Both the position numbers and the translations under genes were made by a program. This document shows, in pieces, positions 26,701 through 41,700 of a stretch of 64,000 nucleotides of DNA. Under the pieces are notes generated by a model. The model searched no databases, had not been told where the DNA came from, and worked only from the letters and a program-made list of their open reading frames with translations. Position 1 is the stretch's first letter, and every line of letters begins with the position of its first letter. This DNA is from Auanema rhodensis (taxonomy: Eukaryota > Animalia > Nematoda): positions 20,336,001 through 20,400,000 of the forward strand of contig OZ059898.1 of NCBI GenBank assembly GCA_964057225.1. Reading direction: 5' to 3'.

Positions 26701-29700
26701 AATTTTAAAAACCGCATCTCTTTATCTTTCACGTGAAGCGAGTTACATACCAAGTGCACATCACGTGTACATTTAATTAGCATAAATTAAAGTTCACGTA
26801 AATTTCAAAGTCATGGTTACCATGCACCAATATCAATAAAATTTTATTTTTAGACTAATATGGACATGGGGAATCTAATTTTGAAAACCGCATCTCTTCA
26901 TCTTTCACGTGAAGCGAGTTACATACCAAGTGCACATCACGTGTACATTTAATTAGCATAAATTAAAGTTCACGTAAATTTCAAACTCATGGTTACCATG
27001 CACCAATATCAATAAAAATTTGTTTTTAGACTAATATGGACATGGAGAATCTAATTTTGAAAACGGCATCTCTTTATCTTTCACGTGAAGCGAGTTACAT
27101 ACCAAGTGCACATCACGTGTACATTTAATTAGCATAAATTAAAGTTCACGTAAATTTCAAACTCATGGTTACCATGCACCAATATCAATAAAAATTTGTT
27201 TTTAGACTAATATGGACATGGAGAATCTATTTTTAAAAACCGCATCTCTTTATCTTTCACGTGAAGCGAGTTACATACCAAGTGCACATCACGTGTACAT
27301 TTAATTAGCATAAATTAAAGTTCACGTAAATTTCAAACTCATGGTTACCATGCACCAATATCAATAGAAATTTGTTTTTAGACTAATATGGACATGGAGA
27401 ATCTAATTTTGAAAACCGCATCTCTTTATCTTTCACGTGAAGCGAGTTACATACCAAGTGCACATCACGTGTACATTTAATTAGCATAAATTAAAGTTCA
27501 CGTAAATTTCAAAGTCATGGTTACCATGCACCAATATCAATAATATTTTGTTTTTAGACTAATATGGACATTAGGAATCTAATTTTGAAAACCGCATCTC
27601 TTTATCTTTCACGTGAAGCGAGTTACATACCAAGTGCACATCACGTGTACTTTTAATTAGCATAAATTAAAGTTCACGTAAATTTCAAACTCATGGTTAC
27701 CATGCACCAATATCAATAAAAATTTGTTTTTAGACTAATATGGACATGGAGAATCTAATTTTGAAAACCGCATCTCTTTATCTTTCACGTGAAGCGAGTT
27801 ACATACCAAGTGCACATCACGTGTACTTTTAATTAGCATAAATTAAAGTTCACGTAAATTTCAAACTCATGGTTACCATGCACCAATATCAATAAAAATT
27901 TGTTTTTAGACTAATATGGACATGGGGAATCTAATTTTGAAAACCGCATCTCGTATCTTCCACGTGAAGCGAGTTACATACCAAATGCACATCACGTGTA
28001 CATTTAATTAGCATAAATTAAAGTTCACGTAATTTTCAAAGTCATGGTTACCATGAACCAATATCAATGAATATTTGTTCTTAGACTAATATGGACATGG
28101 GGAATCTAATTTTGAAAACCGCATCTATTTATCTTTCACGCGAAGCGAGTTACATACCAAGTGCACATCACGTGTACATTTAATTAGCATAAAGTAAAGT
28201 TCACGTAAATTTCAAACTCATGGTTACCATGCACCAATATCAATAAAAATTTGTTTTTAGACTAATATGGACATGGAGAATCTAATTTTAAAAACCGCAT
28301 CTCTTTATCTTTCACGTGAAGCGAGTTACATACCAAGTGCACATCACGTGTACATTTAATTAGCATAAATTAAAGTTCACGTAAATTTCAAAGTCATGGT
28401 TACCATGCACCAATATCAATAAAATTTTATTTTTAGACTAATATGGACATGGGGAATCTAATTTTGAAAACCGCATCTCTTCATCTTTCACGTGAAGCGA
28501 GTTACATACCAAGTGCACATCACGTGTACATTTAATTAGCATAAATTAAAGTTCACGTAAATTTCAAACTCATGGTTACCATGCACCAATATCAATAAAA
28601 ATTTGTTTTTAGACTAATATGGACATGGAGAATCTAATTTTGAAAACGGCATCTCTTTATCTTTCACGTGAAGCGAGTTACATACCAAGTGCACATCACG
28701 TGTACATTTAATTAGCATAAATTAAAGTTCACGTAAATTTCAAACTCATGGTTACCATGCACCAATATCAATAAAAATTTGTTTTTAGACTAATATGGAC
28801 ATGGAGAATCTATTTTTAAAAACCGCATCTCTTTATCTTTCACGTGAAGCGAGTTACATACCAAGTGCACATCACGTGTACATTTAATTAGCATAAATTA
28901 AAGTTCACGTAAATTTCAAACTCATGGTTACCATGCACCAATATCAATAGAAATTTGTTTTTAGACTAATATGGACATGGAGAATCTAATTTTGAAAACC
29001 GCATCTCTTTATCTTTCACGTGAAGCGAGTTACATACCAAGTGCACATCACGTGTACATTTAATTAGCATAAATTAAAGTTCACGTAAATTTCAAACTCA
29101 TGGTTACCATGCACCAATATCAATAAAAATTTGTTTTTAGACTAATATGGACATGGAGAATCTATTTTTAAAAACCGCATCTCTTTATCTTTCACGTGAA
29201 GCGAGTTACATACCAAGTGCACATCACGTGTACATTTAATTAGCATAAATTAAAGTTCACGTAAATTTCAAACTCATGGTTACCATGCACCAATATCAAT
29301 AAAATTTTGTTTTTAGACTAATATGGACATGGGGAATCTAATTTTGAAAACCGCATCTCTTTATCTTTCACGTGAAGCGAGTTACATACCAAGTGCACAT
29401 CCCGTGTACATTTAATTAGCATAAATTAAAGTTCACGTAAATTTCAAACTCATGGTTACCATGCACCAATATCAATAAAAATTTGTTTTTAGACTAATAT
29501 GGACATGGGGAATCTATATTTGAAAAACGCATCTCTTTATCTTTCACGTGAAGCGAGTTACATACCAAGTGCACATCACGTGTACATTTAATTAGCATAA
29601 ATCAAAGTTCACGTAAATTTCAAAGTCATGGTTACCATGCACCAATATCAATAAAATTTTGTTTTTAGACTAATATGGACATGGGGAATCTAATTATGAA

Positions 29701-32700
29701 AACCGCATCTCTTTATCTTTCACGTGAAGCGAGTTACATACCAAGTGCACATCACGTGTACATTTAATTAGCATAAATTAAAGTTCACGTAAATTTCAAA
29801 GTCATGGTTACCATGCACCAATATCAATAAAATTTTGTTTTTAGACTAATATGGACATGGGGAATCTAATTTTGAAAACCGCATCTCTTTATTTTTCACG
29901 TGAAGCGAGTTACATACCAAGTGCACATCACGTGTACATTTAATTAGCATAAATTAAAGTTCACGTAAATTTCAAACTCATGGTTACCATGCACCAATAT
30001 CAATAAAAATTTGTTTTTAGACTAATATGGACATGGAGAATCTAATTTTAAAAACCGCATCTCTTTATCTTTCACGTGAAGCGAGTTACATACCAAGTGC
30101 ACATCACGTGTACATTTAATTAGCATAAATTAAAGTTCACGTAAATTTCAAAGTCATGGTTACCATGCACCAATATCAATAAAATTTTATTTTTAGACTA
30201 ATATGGACATGGGGAATCTAATTTTGAAAACCGCATCTCTTCATCTTTCACGTGAAGCGAGTTACATACCAAGTGCACATCACGTGTACATTTAATTAGC
30301 ATAAATTAAAGTTCACGTAAATTTCAAACTCATGGTTACCATGCACCAATATCAATAAAAATTTGTTTTTAGACTAATATGGACATGGAGAATCTAATTT
30401 TGAAAACGGCATCTTTTTATCTTTCACGTGAAGCGAGTTACATACCAAGTGCACATCACGTGTACATTTAATTAGCATAAATTAAAGTTCACGTAAATTT
30501 CAAACTCATGGTTACCATGCACCAATATCAATAAAAATTTGTTTTTAGACTAATATGGACATGGAGAATCTATTTTTAAAAACCGCATCTCTTTATCTTT
30601 CACGTGAAGCGAGTTACATACCAAGTGCACATCACGTGTACATTTAATTAGCATAAATTAAAGTTAACGTAAATTTCAAACTCATGGTTACCATGCACCA
30701 ATATCAATAGAAATTTGTTTTTAGACTAATATGGACATGGAGAATCTAATTTTGAAAACCGCATCTCTTTATCTTTCACGTGAAGCGAGTTACATACCAA
30801 GTGCACATCACGTGTACATTTAATTAGCATAAATTAAAGTTCACGTAAATTTCAAAGTCATGGTTACCATGCACCAATATCAATAATATTTTGTTTTTAG
30901 ACTAATATGGACATTAGGAATCTAATTTTGAAAACCGCATCTCTTTATCTTTCACGTGAAGCGAGTTACATACCAAGTGCACATCACGTGTACTTTTAAT
31001 TAGCATAAATTAAAGTTCACGTAAATTTCAAAGTCATGGTTACCATGCACCAATATCAATAAAATTTTGTTTTTAGACTAATATGGACATGGAGAATCTA
31101 ATTTTGAAAACCGCATCTCTTTATCTTTCACGTGAAGCGAGTTACATACCAAGTGCACATCACGTGTACTTTTAATTAGCATAAATTAAAGTTCACGTAA
31201 ATTTCAAACTCATGGTTACCATGCACCAATATCAATAAAAATTTGTTTTTAGACTAATATGGACATGGGGAATCTAATTTTGAAAACCGCATCTCGTATC
31301 TTCCACGTGAAGCGAGTTACATACCAAATGCACATCACGTGTACATTTAATTAGCATAAATTAAAGTTCACGTAATTTTCAAAGTCATGGTTACCATGAA
31401 CCAATATCAATGAATATTTGTTCTTAGACTAATATGGACATGGGGAATCTAATTTTGAAAACCGCATCTATTTATCTTTCACGCGAAGCGAGTTACATAC
31501 CAAGTGCACATCACGTGTACATTTAATTAGCATAAAGTAAAGTTCACGTAAATTTCAAACTCATGGTTACCATGCACCAATATCAATAAAAATTTGTTTT
31601 TAGACTAATATGGACATGGAGAATCTAATTTTGAAAACCGCATCTCTTTATCTTTCACGTGAAGCGAGTTACATACCGAGTGCACATCACGTGTACATTT
31701 AATTAGCATAAATTAAAGTTCACGTAAATTTCAAAGTCATGGTTACCATGCACCAATATCAATAAAATTTTGTTTTTAGACTAATATGGACATGGGGAAT
31801 CTAATTTTGAAAACCGCATCTCTTTATCTTTCACGTGAAGCGAGTTACATACCAAGTGCACATCACGTGTACATTTAATTAGCATAAATTAAAGTTCACT
31901 TAAATTTGAAAGTCATGGTTACCATGCACCAATATCAATAAAATTTTGTTTTTAGACTAATATGGACATGGGGAATCTAATTTTGAAAACCGCATCTCTT
32001 TATCTTTCACGTGAAGCGAGTTACATACCAAGTGCACATCCCGTGTACATTTAATTAGCATAAATTAAAGTTCACGTAAATTTCAAACTCATGGTTACCA
32101 TGCACCAATATCAATAAAAATTTGTTTTTAGACTAATATGGACATGGGGAATCTATATTTGAAAAACGCATCTCTTTATCTTTCACGTGAAGCGAGTTAT
32201 ATACCAAGTGCACATCACGTGTACATTTAATTAGCATAAATCAAAGTTCACGTAAATTTCAAAGTCATGGTTACCATGCACCAATATCAATAAAATTTTG
32301 TTTTTAGACTAATATGGACATGGGGAATCTAATTTTGAAAACCGCATCTCTTTATTTTTCACGTGAAGCGAGTTACATACCAAGTGCACATCACGTGTAC
32401 ATTTAATTAGCATAAATTAAAGTTCACGTAAATTTCAAACTCATGGTTACCATGCACCAATATCAATAAAAATTTGTTTTTAGACTAATATGTACATGGA
32501 GAATCTAATTTTAAAAACCGCATCTCTTTATCTTTCACGTGAAGCGAGTTACATACCAAGTGCACATCACGTGTACATTTAATTAGCATAAATCAAAGTT
32601 CACGTAAATTTCAAAGTCATGGTTACCATGCACCAATATCAATAAAATTTTGTTTTTAGACTAATATGGACATGGGGAATCTAATTATGAAAACCGCATC

Positions 32701-35700
32701 TCTTTATCTTTCACGTGAAGCGAGTTACATACCAAGTGCACATCACGTGTACATTTAATTAGCATAAATTAAAGTTCACGTAAATTTCAAACTCATGGTT
32801 ACCATGCACCAATATCAATAAAAATTTGTTTTTAGACTAATATGGACATGGAGAATCTAATTTTAAAAACCGCATCTCTTTATCTTTCACGTGAAGCGAG
32901 TTACATACCAAGTGCACATCACGTGTACATTTAATTAGCATAAATTAAAGTTCACGTAAATTTCAAAGTCATGGTTACCATGCACCAATATCAATAAAAT
33001 TTTATTTTTAGACTAATATGGACATGGGGAATCTAATTTTGAAAACCGCATCTCTTTATCTTTCACGTGAAGCGAGTTACATACCAAGTGCACATCACGT
33101 GTACATTTAATTAGCATAAATTAAAGTTCACGTAAATTTCAAACTCATGGTTACCATGCACCAATATCAATAAAAATTTGTTTTTAGACTAATATGGACA
33201 TGGAGAATCTAATTTTGAAAACCGCATCTCTTTATCTTTCACGTGAAGCGAGTTACATACCAAGTGCACATCACGTGTACATTTAATTAGCATAAATTAA
33301 AGTTCACGTAAATTTCAAACTCATGGTTACCATGCACCAATATCAATAAAAATTTGTTTTTAGACTAATATGGACATGGAGAATCTATTTTTGAAAACCG
33401 CATCTCTTTATCTTTCACGTGAAGCGAGTTACATACCAAGTGCACATCACGTGTACATTTAATTAGCATAAATTAAAGTTCACGTAAATTTCAAACTCAT
33501 GGTTACCATGCACCAATATCAATAGAAATTTGTTTTTAGACTAATATGGACATGGAGAATCTAATTTTGAAAACCGCATCTCTTTATCTTTCACGTGAAG
33601 CGAGTTACATACCAAGTGCACATCACGTGTACATTTAATTAGCATAAATTAAAGTTCACGTAAATTTTAAAGTCATGGTTACCATGCATCAATATCAATA
33701 AAAATTCGTTTTTAGACTAATATGAACATGAGGAATCTAATTTTGAAAACCGCATCTCTTTATCTTTCACGTGAAGCGAGTTACATACCAAGTGCACATC
33801 ACGTGTACACTTAATTAGCATAAATTAAAGTTCACGTAAATTTCAAAGTCATGGTTACCATGCACATATATCAATAAAAATTTGTTTTTAGACTAATATG
33901 GACATGCGGAATCTAATTTTGAAAACCGCATCTCTTTATCTTTCACGTGAAGCGACTTACATACCAAGTGCACATCATGTGTTCACTTAATTAGCATAAA
34001 TTAAAGTACACGTAAATTTTAAAGTCATGGTTACCATGCACCAATATCAATAAAAATTTGTTTTTAGACTAATATGGACATGGGGAATCTAATTTTGAAA
34101 ACCGCATCTCTTTATCTTTCACGCGAAGCGAGTTACATACCAAGTGCACATCACGTGTACATTTAATTAGCATAAAGTAAAGTTCACGTAAATTTCAAAC
34201 TCATGGTTACCATGCACCAATATCAATAAAAATTTGTTTTTAGACTAATATGGACATGGAGAATCTAATTTTGAAAACCGCATCTCTTTATCTTTCACGT
34301 GAAGCGAGTTACATACCAAGTGCACATCACGTGTACATTTAATTAGCATAAATTAAAGTTCACGTAAATTTCAAACTCATGGTTACCATGCACCAATATC
34401 AATAAAAATTTGTTTTTAGACTAATATGGACATGGGGAATCTAATTTTGAAAACCGCATCTCTTTATCTTCCACGTGAAGCGAGTTACATACCAAGTGCA
34501 CATCAAGTGTACATTTAATTAGCATAAATTAAAGTTCACGTAAATTTCAAAGTCATGGTTACCATGCACCAATATCAATAAAATTTTGTTTTTAGACTAA
34601 TATGGACATGGGGAATCTAATTTTGAAAACCGCATCTCTTTATCTTTCACGTGAAGCGAGTTACATACCAAGTGCACATCACGTGTACATTTAATTAGCA
34701 TAAATTAAAGTTCACGTAAATTTCAAACTCATGGTTACCATGCACCAATATCAATAAAAATTTGTTTTTAGACTAATATGGACATGGAGAATCTAATTTT
34801 GAAAACCGCATCTCTTTATCTTTCACGTGAAGCGAGTTACATACCAAGTGCACATCACGTGTACATTTAATTAGCATAAATTAAAGTTCACGTAAATTTC
34901 AAACTCATGGTTACCATGCACCAATATCAATAAAAATTTGTTTTTAGAGTAATATGGACATGGAGAATCTATTTTTAAAAACCGCATCTCTTTATCTTTC
35001 ACGTGAAGCGAGTTACATACCAAGTGCACATCACGTGTACATTTAATTAGCATAAATTAAAGTTCACGTAAATTTCAAACTCATGGTTACCATGCACCAA
35101 TATCAATAAAAATTTGTTTTTAGACTAATATGGACATGGAGAATCTAATTTTGAAAACCGCATCTCTTTATCTTTCACGTGAAGCGAGTTACATACCAAG
35201 TGCACATCACGTGTACATTTAATTAGCATAAATTAAAGTTCACGTAAATTTCAAAATCATGGTTACCATGCACCAATATCAATACAATTTTGTTTTTAGA
35301 CTAATATGGACATGGGGAATCTAATTTTGAAAACCGCATCTTTTTATCTTTCACGTGAAGCGAGTTACATACCAAGTGCACATCACGTGTACATTTAATT
35401 AGCATAAATTAAAGTTCACGTAAATTTCAAACTCATGGTTACCATGCACCAATATCAATAAAAATTTGTTTTTAGACTAATATGGACATGGGGAATCTAA
35501 TTTTGAAAACCGCATCTCTTTATCTTCCACGTGAAGCGAGTTACATACCAAGTGCACATCAAGTGTACATTTAATTAGCATAAATTAAAGTTCACGTAAA
35601 TTTCAAAATCATGGTTACCATGCACCAATATCAATACAATTTTGTTTTTAGACTAATATGGACATGGGGAATCTAATTTTGAAAACCGCATCTCTTTATC

Positions 35701-38700
35701 TTTCACGTGAGGCGAGTTACATACCAAGTGCACATCACGTGTACATTTAATTAGCATAAGTTAAAGTTCACGTAAAATTCAAAGTCATGGTTACCATGCA
35801 CCAATATCAATAAAAATTTGTTTTTAGACTAATATGGACATGGGGAATCTAATTTTGAAAACCGCATCTCTTTATCTTTCACGTGAAGCGAGTTACATAC
35901 CAAGTGCACATCACGTGTACATTTAATTAGCATAAATTAAAGTTCACTTAAATTTGAAAGTCATGGTTACCATGCACCAATATCAATAAAATTTTGTTTT
36001 TAGACTAATATGGACATGGGGAATCTAATTTTGAAAACCGCATCTCTTTATCTTCCACGTGAAGCGAGTTACATACCAAGTGCACATCAAGTGTACATTT
36101 AATTAGCATAAATTAAAGTTCACGTAAATTTCAAACTCATGGTTACCATGCACCAATATCAATACAATTTTGTTTTTAGACTAATATGGACATGGGGAAT
36201 CTAATTTTGAAAACCGCATCTCTTTATCTTTCACGTGAGGCGAGTTACATACCAAGTGCACATCACGTGTACATTTAATTAGCATAAGTTAAAGTTCACG
36301 TAAAATTCAAAGTCATGGTTACCATGCACCAATATCAATAAAAATTTGTTTTTAGACTAATATGGACATGGGGAATCTAATTTTGAAAACCGCATCTCTT
36401 TATCTTTCACGTGAAGCGAGTTACATACCAAGTGCACATCACGTGTACATTTAATTAGCATAAATTAAAGTTCACTTAAATTTCAAAGTCATGGTTACCA
36501 TGCACCAATATCAATAAAAATTTGTTTTTAGACTAATATGGACATGGGGAATCTAATTTTGAAAACCGCATCTCTTTATCTTTCACGTGAAGCGAGTTAC
36601 ATACCAAGTGCACATCACGTGTACATTTAATTAGCATAAATTAAAGTTCACTTAAATTTGAAAGTCATGGTTACCATGCACCAATATCAATAAAATTTTG
36701 TTTTTAGACTAATATGGACATGGGGAATCTAATTTTGAAAACCGCATCTCTTTATCTTCCACGTGAAGCGAGTTACATACCAAGTGCACATCAAGTGTAC
36801 ATTTAATTAGCATAAATTAAAGTTCACGTAAATTTCAAACTCATGGTTACCATGCACCAATATCAATACAATTTGTTTTAAGACTAATATGGACATGGGG
36901 AATCTAATTTTGAAAACCGCATCTCTTTATCTTTCACGTGAGGCGAGTTACATACCAAGTGCACATCACGTGTACATTTAATTAGCATAAGTTAAAGTTC
37001 ACGTAAAATTCAAAGTCATGGTTACCATGCACCAATATCAATAAAATTTTGTTTTTAGACTAATATGGACATGGGGAATCTAATTTTGAAAACCGCATCT
37101 CTTTATCTTTCACGTGAAGCGAGTTACATACCAAGTGCACATCACGTGTACATTTAATTAGCATAAATTAAAGTTCACTTAAATTTCAAAGTCATGGTTA
37201 CCATGCACCAATATCAATAAAAATTTGTTTTTAGACTAATATGGACATGGGGAATCTAATTTTGAAAACCGCATCTCTTTATCTTTCACGTGAAGCGAGT
37301 TACATACCAAGTGCACATCACGTGTACATTTAATTAGCATAAATTAAAGTTCACTTAAATTTGAAAGTCATGGTTACCATGCACCAATATCAATAAAATT
37401 TTGTTTTTAGACTAATATGGACATGGGGAATCTAATTTTGAAAACCGCATCTCTTTATCTTTCACGTGAAGCGAGTTACATACCAAGTGCACATCCCGTG
37501 TACATTTAATTAGCATAAATTAAAGTTCACGTAAATTTCAAACTCATGGTTACCATGCACCAATATCAATAAAAATTTGTTTTTAGACTAATATGGACAT
37601 GGGGAATCTATATTTGAAAAACGCATCTCTTTATCTTTCACGTGAAGCGAGTTACATACCAAGTGCACATCACGTGTACATTTAATTAGCATAAATCAAA
37701 GTTCACGTAAATTTCAAAGTCATGGTTACCATGAACCAATATCAATAAAAATTTGTTTTTAAACTAATATGGACATGGGGATTCTAATTTTGAAAACCGC
37801 ATCTCTTTATTTTTCACGTGAAGCGAGTTACATACCAAGTGCACATCACGTGTACATTTAATTAGCATAAATTAAAGTTCACGTAAATTTCAAACTCATG
37901 GTTACCATGCACCAATATCAATAAAAATTTGTTTTTAGACTAATATGTACATGGAGAATCTAATTTTAAAAACCGCATCTCTTTATCTTTCACGTGAAGC
38001 GAGTTACATACCAAGTGCACATCACGTGTACATTTAATTAGCATAAATTAAAGTTCACGTAAATTTCAAAGTCATGGTTACCATGCACCAATATCAATAA
38101 AATTTTGTTTTTAGACTAATATGGACATGGGGAATCTAATTTTGAAAACCGCATCTCTTTATCTTTCACGTGAAGCGAGTTACATACCAAGTGCACATCA
38201 CGTGTACATTTAATTAGCATAAATTAAAGTTCACGTAAATTTCAAACTCATGGTTACCATGCACCAATATCAATAAAAATTTGTTTTTAGACTAATATGG
38301 ACATGGAGAATCTAATTTTGAAAACCGCATCTCTTTATCTTTCACGTGAAGCGAGTTACATACCAAGTGCACATCACGTGTACATTTAATTAGCATAAAT
38401 TAAAGTTCACTTAAATTTCAAAGTCATGGTTACCATGCACCAATATCAATAAAAATTTGTTTTTAGACTAATATGGACATGGGGAATCTAATTTTGAAAA
38501 CCGCATCTCTTTATCTTTCACGTGAAGCGAGTTACATACCAAGTGCACATCACGTGTACATTTAATTAGCATAAATTAAAGTTCACTTAAATTTGAAAGT
38601 CATGGTTACCATGCACCAATATCAATAAAATTTTGTTTTTAGACTAATATGGACATGGGGAATCTAATTTTGAAAACCGCATCTCTTTATCTTTCACGTG

Positions 38701-41700
38701 AAGCGAGTTACATACCAAGTGCACATCCCGTGTACATTTAATTAGCATAAATTAAAGTTCACGTAAATTTCAAACTCATGGTTACCATGCACCAATATCA
38801 ATAAAAATTTGTTTTTAGACTAATATGGACATGGGGAATCTATATTTGAAAAACGCATCTCTTTATCTTTCACGTGAAGCGAGTTACATACCAAGTGCAC
38901 ATCACGTGTACATTTAATTAGCATAAATTAAAGTTCACTTAAATTTCAAAGTCATGGTTACCATGCACCAATATCAATAAAAATTTGTTTTTAGACTAAT
39001 ATGGACATGGGGAATCTAATTTTGAAAACCGCATCTCTTTATCTTTCACGTGAAGCGAGTTACATACCAAGTGCACATCACGTGTACATTTAATTAGCAT
39101 AAATTAAAGTTCACTTAAATTTGAAAGTCATGGTTACCATGCACCAATATCAATAAAATTTTGTTTTTAGACTAATATGGACATGGGGAATCTAATTTTG
39201 AAAACCGCATCTCTTTATCTTTCACGTGAAGCGAGTTACATACCAAGTGCACATCCCGTGTACATTTAATTAGCATAAATTAAAGTTCACGTAAATTTCA
39301 AACTCATGGTTACCATGCACCAATATCAATAAAAATTTGTTTTTAGACTAATATGGACATGGGGAATCTATATTTGAAAAACGCATCTCTTTATCTTTCA
39401 CGTGAAGCGAGTTACATACCAAGTGCACATCACGTGTACATTTAATTAGCATAAATCAAAGTTCACGTAAATTTCAAACTCATGGTTACCATGCACCAAT
39501 ATCAATAAAAATTTGTTTTTAGACTAATATGGACATGGGGAATCTATATTTGAAAAACGCATCTCTTTATTTTTCACGTGAAGCGAGTTACATACCAAGT
39601 GCACATCACGTGTACATTTAATTAGCATAAATTAAAGTTCACGTAAATTTCAAACTCATGGTTACCATGCACCAATATCAATAAAAATTTGTTTTTAGAC
39701 TAATATGTACATGGAGAATCTAATTTTAAAAACCGCATCTCTTTATCTTTCACGTGAAGCGAGTTACATACCAAGTGCACATCACGTGTACATTTAATTA
39801 GCATAAATTAAAGTTCACGTAAATTTCAAAGTCATGGTTACCATGCACCAATATCAATAAAATTTTGTTTTTAGACTAATATGGACATGGGGAATCTAAT
39901 TTTGAAAACCGCATCTCTTTATCTTTCACGTGAAGCGAGTTACATACCGAGTGCACATCACGTGTACATTTAATTAGCATAAATTAAAGTTCACGTAAAT
40001 TTCAAACTCATGGTTACCATGCACCAATATCAATAAAAATTTGTTTTTAGACTAATATGGACATGGAGAATCTAATTTTGAAAACCGCATCTCTTTATCT
40101 TTCACGTGAAGCGAGTTACATACCAAGTGCACATCACGTGTACATTTAATTAGCATAAATTAAAGTTCACGTAAATTTCAAACTCATGGTTACCATGCAC
40201 CAATATCAATAAAAATTTGTTTTTAGACTAATATGGACATGGGGAATCTATATTTGAAAAACGCATCTCTTTATCTTTCACGTGAAGCGAGTTACATACC
40301 AAGTGCACATCACGTGTACATTTAATTAGCATAAATCAAAGTTCACGTAAATTTCAAAGTCATGGTTACCATGCACCAATATCAATAAAATTTTGTTTTT
40401 AGACTAATATGGACATGGGGAATCTAATTTTGAAAACCGCATCTCTTTATTTTTCACGTGAAGCGAGTTACATACCAAGTGCACATCACGTGTACATTTA
40501 ATTAGCATAAATTAAAGTTCACGTAAATTTCAAACTCATGGTTACCATGCACCAATATCAATAAAAATTTGTTTTTAGACTAATATGTACATGGAGAATC
40601 TAATTTTAAAAACCGCATCTCTTTATCTTTCACGTGAAGCGAGTTACATACCAAGTGCACATCACGTGTACATTTAATTAGCATAAATTAAAGTTCACGT
40701 AAATTTCAAAGTCATGGTTACCATGCACCAATATCAATAAAATTTTGTTTTTAGACTAATATGGACATGGGGAATCTAATTTTGAAAACCGCATCTCTTT
40801 ATCTTTCACGTGAAGCGAGTTACATACCAAGTGCACATCACGTGTACATTTAATTAGCATAAATTAAAGTTCACGTAAATTTCAAACTCATGGTTACCAT
40901 GCACCAATATCAATAAAAATTTGTTTTTAGACTAATATGGACATGGAGAATCTAATTTTGAAAACCGCATCTCTTTATCTTTCACGTGAAGCGAGTTACA
41001 TACCAAGTGCACATCACGTGTACATTTAATTAGCATAAATTAAAGTTCACGTAAATTTCAAACTCATGGTTACCATGCACCAATATCAATAAAAATTTGT
41101 TTTTAGAGTAATATGGACATGGAGAATCTATTTTTAAAAACCGCATCTCTTTATCTTTCACGTGAAGCGAGTTACATACCAAGTGCACATCACGTGTACA
41201 TTTAATTAGCATAAATTAAAGTTCACGTAAATTTCAAACTCATGGTTACCATGCACCAATATCAATAAAAATTTGTTTTTAGACTAATATGGACATGGAG
41301 AATCTAATTTTGAAAACCGCATCTCTTTATCTTTCACGTGAAGCGAGTTACATACCAAGTGCACATCACGTGTACATTTAATTAGCATAAATTAAAGTTC
41401 ACGTAAATTTCAAACTCATGGTTACCATGCACCAATATCAATGAAAATTTGTTTTTAGACTAATATGGACATGGGGAATCTAATTTTGAAAACCGCATCT
41501 CTTTATCTTCCACGTGAAGCGAGTTACATACCAAGTGCACATCAAGTGTACATTTAATTAGCATAAATTAAAGTTCACGTAAATTTCAAACTCATGGTTA
41601 CCATGCACCAATATCAATACAATTTTGTTTTTAGACTAATATGGACATGGGGAATCGAATTTTGAAAACCGCATCTCTTTATCTTTCACGTGAGGCGAGT

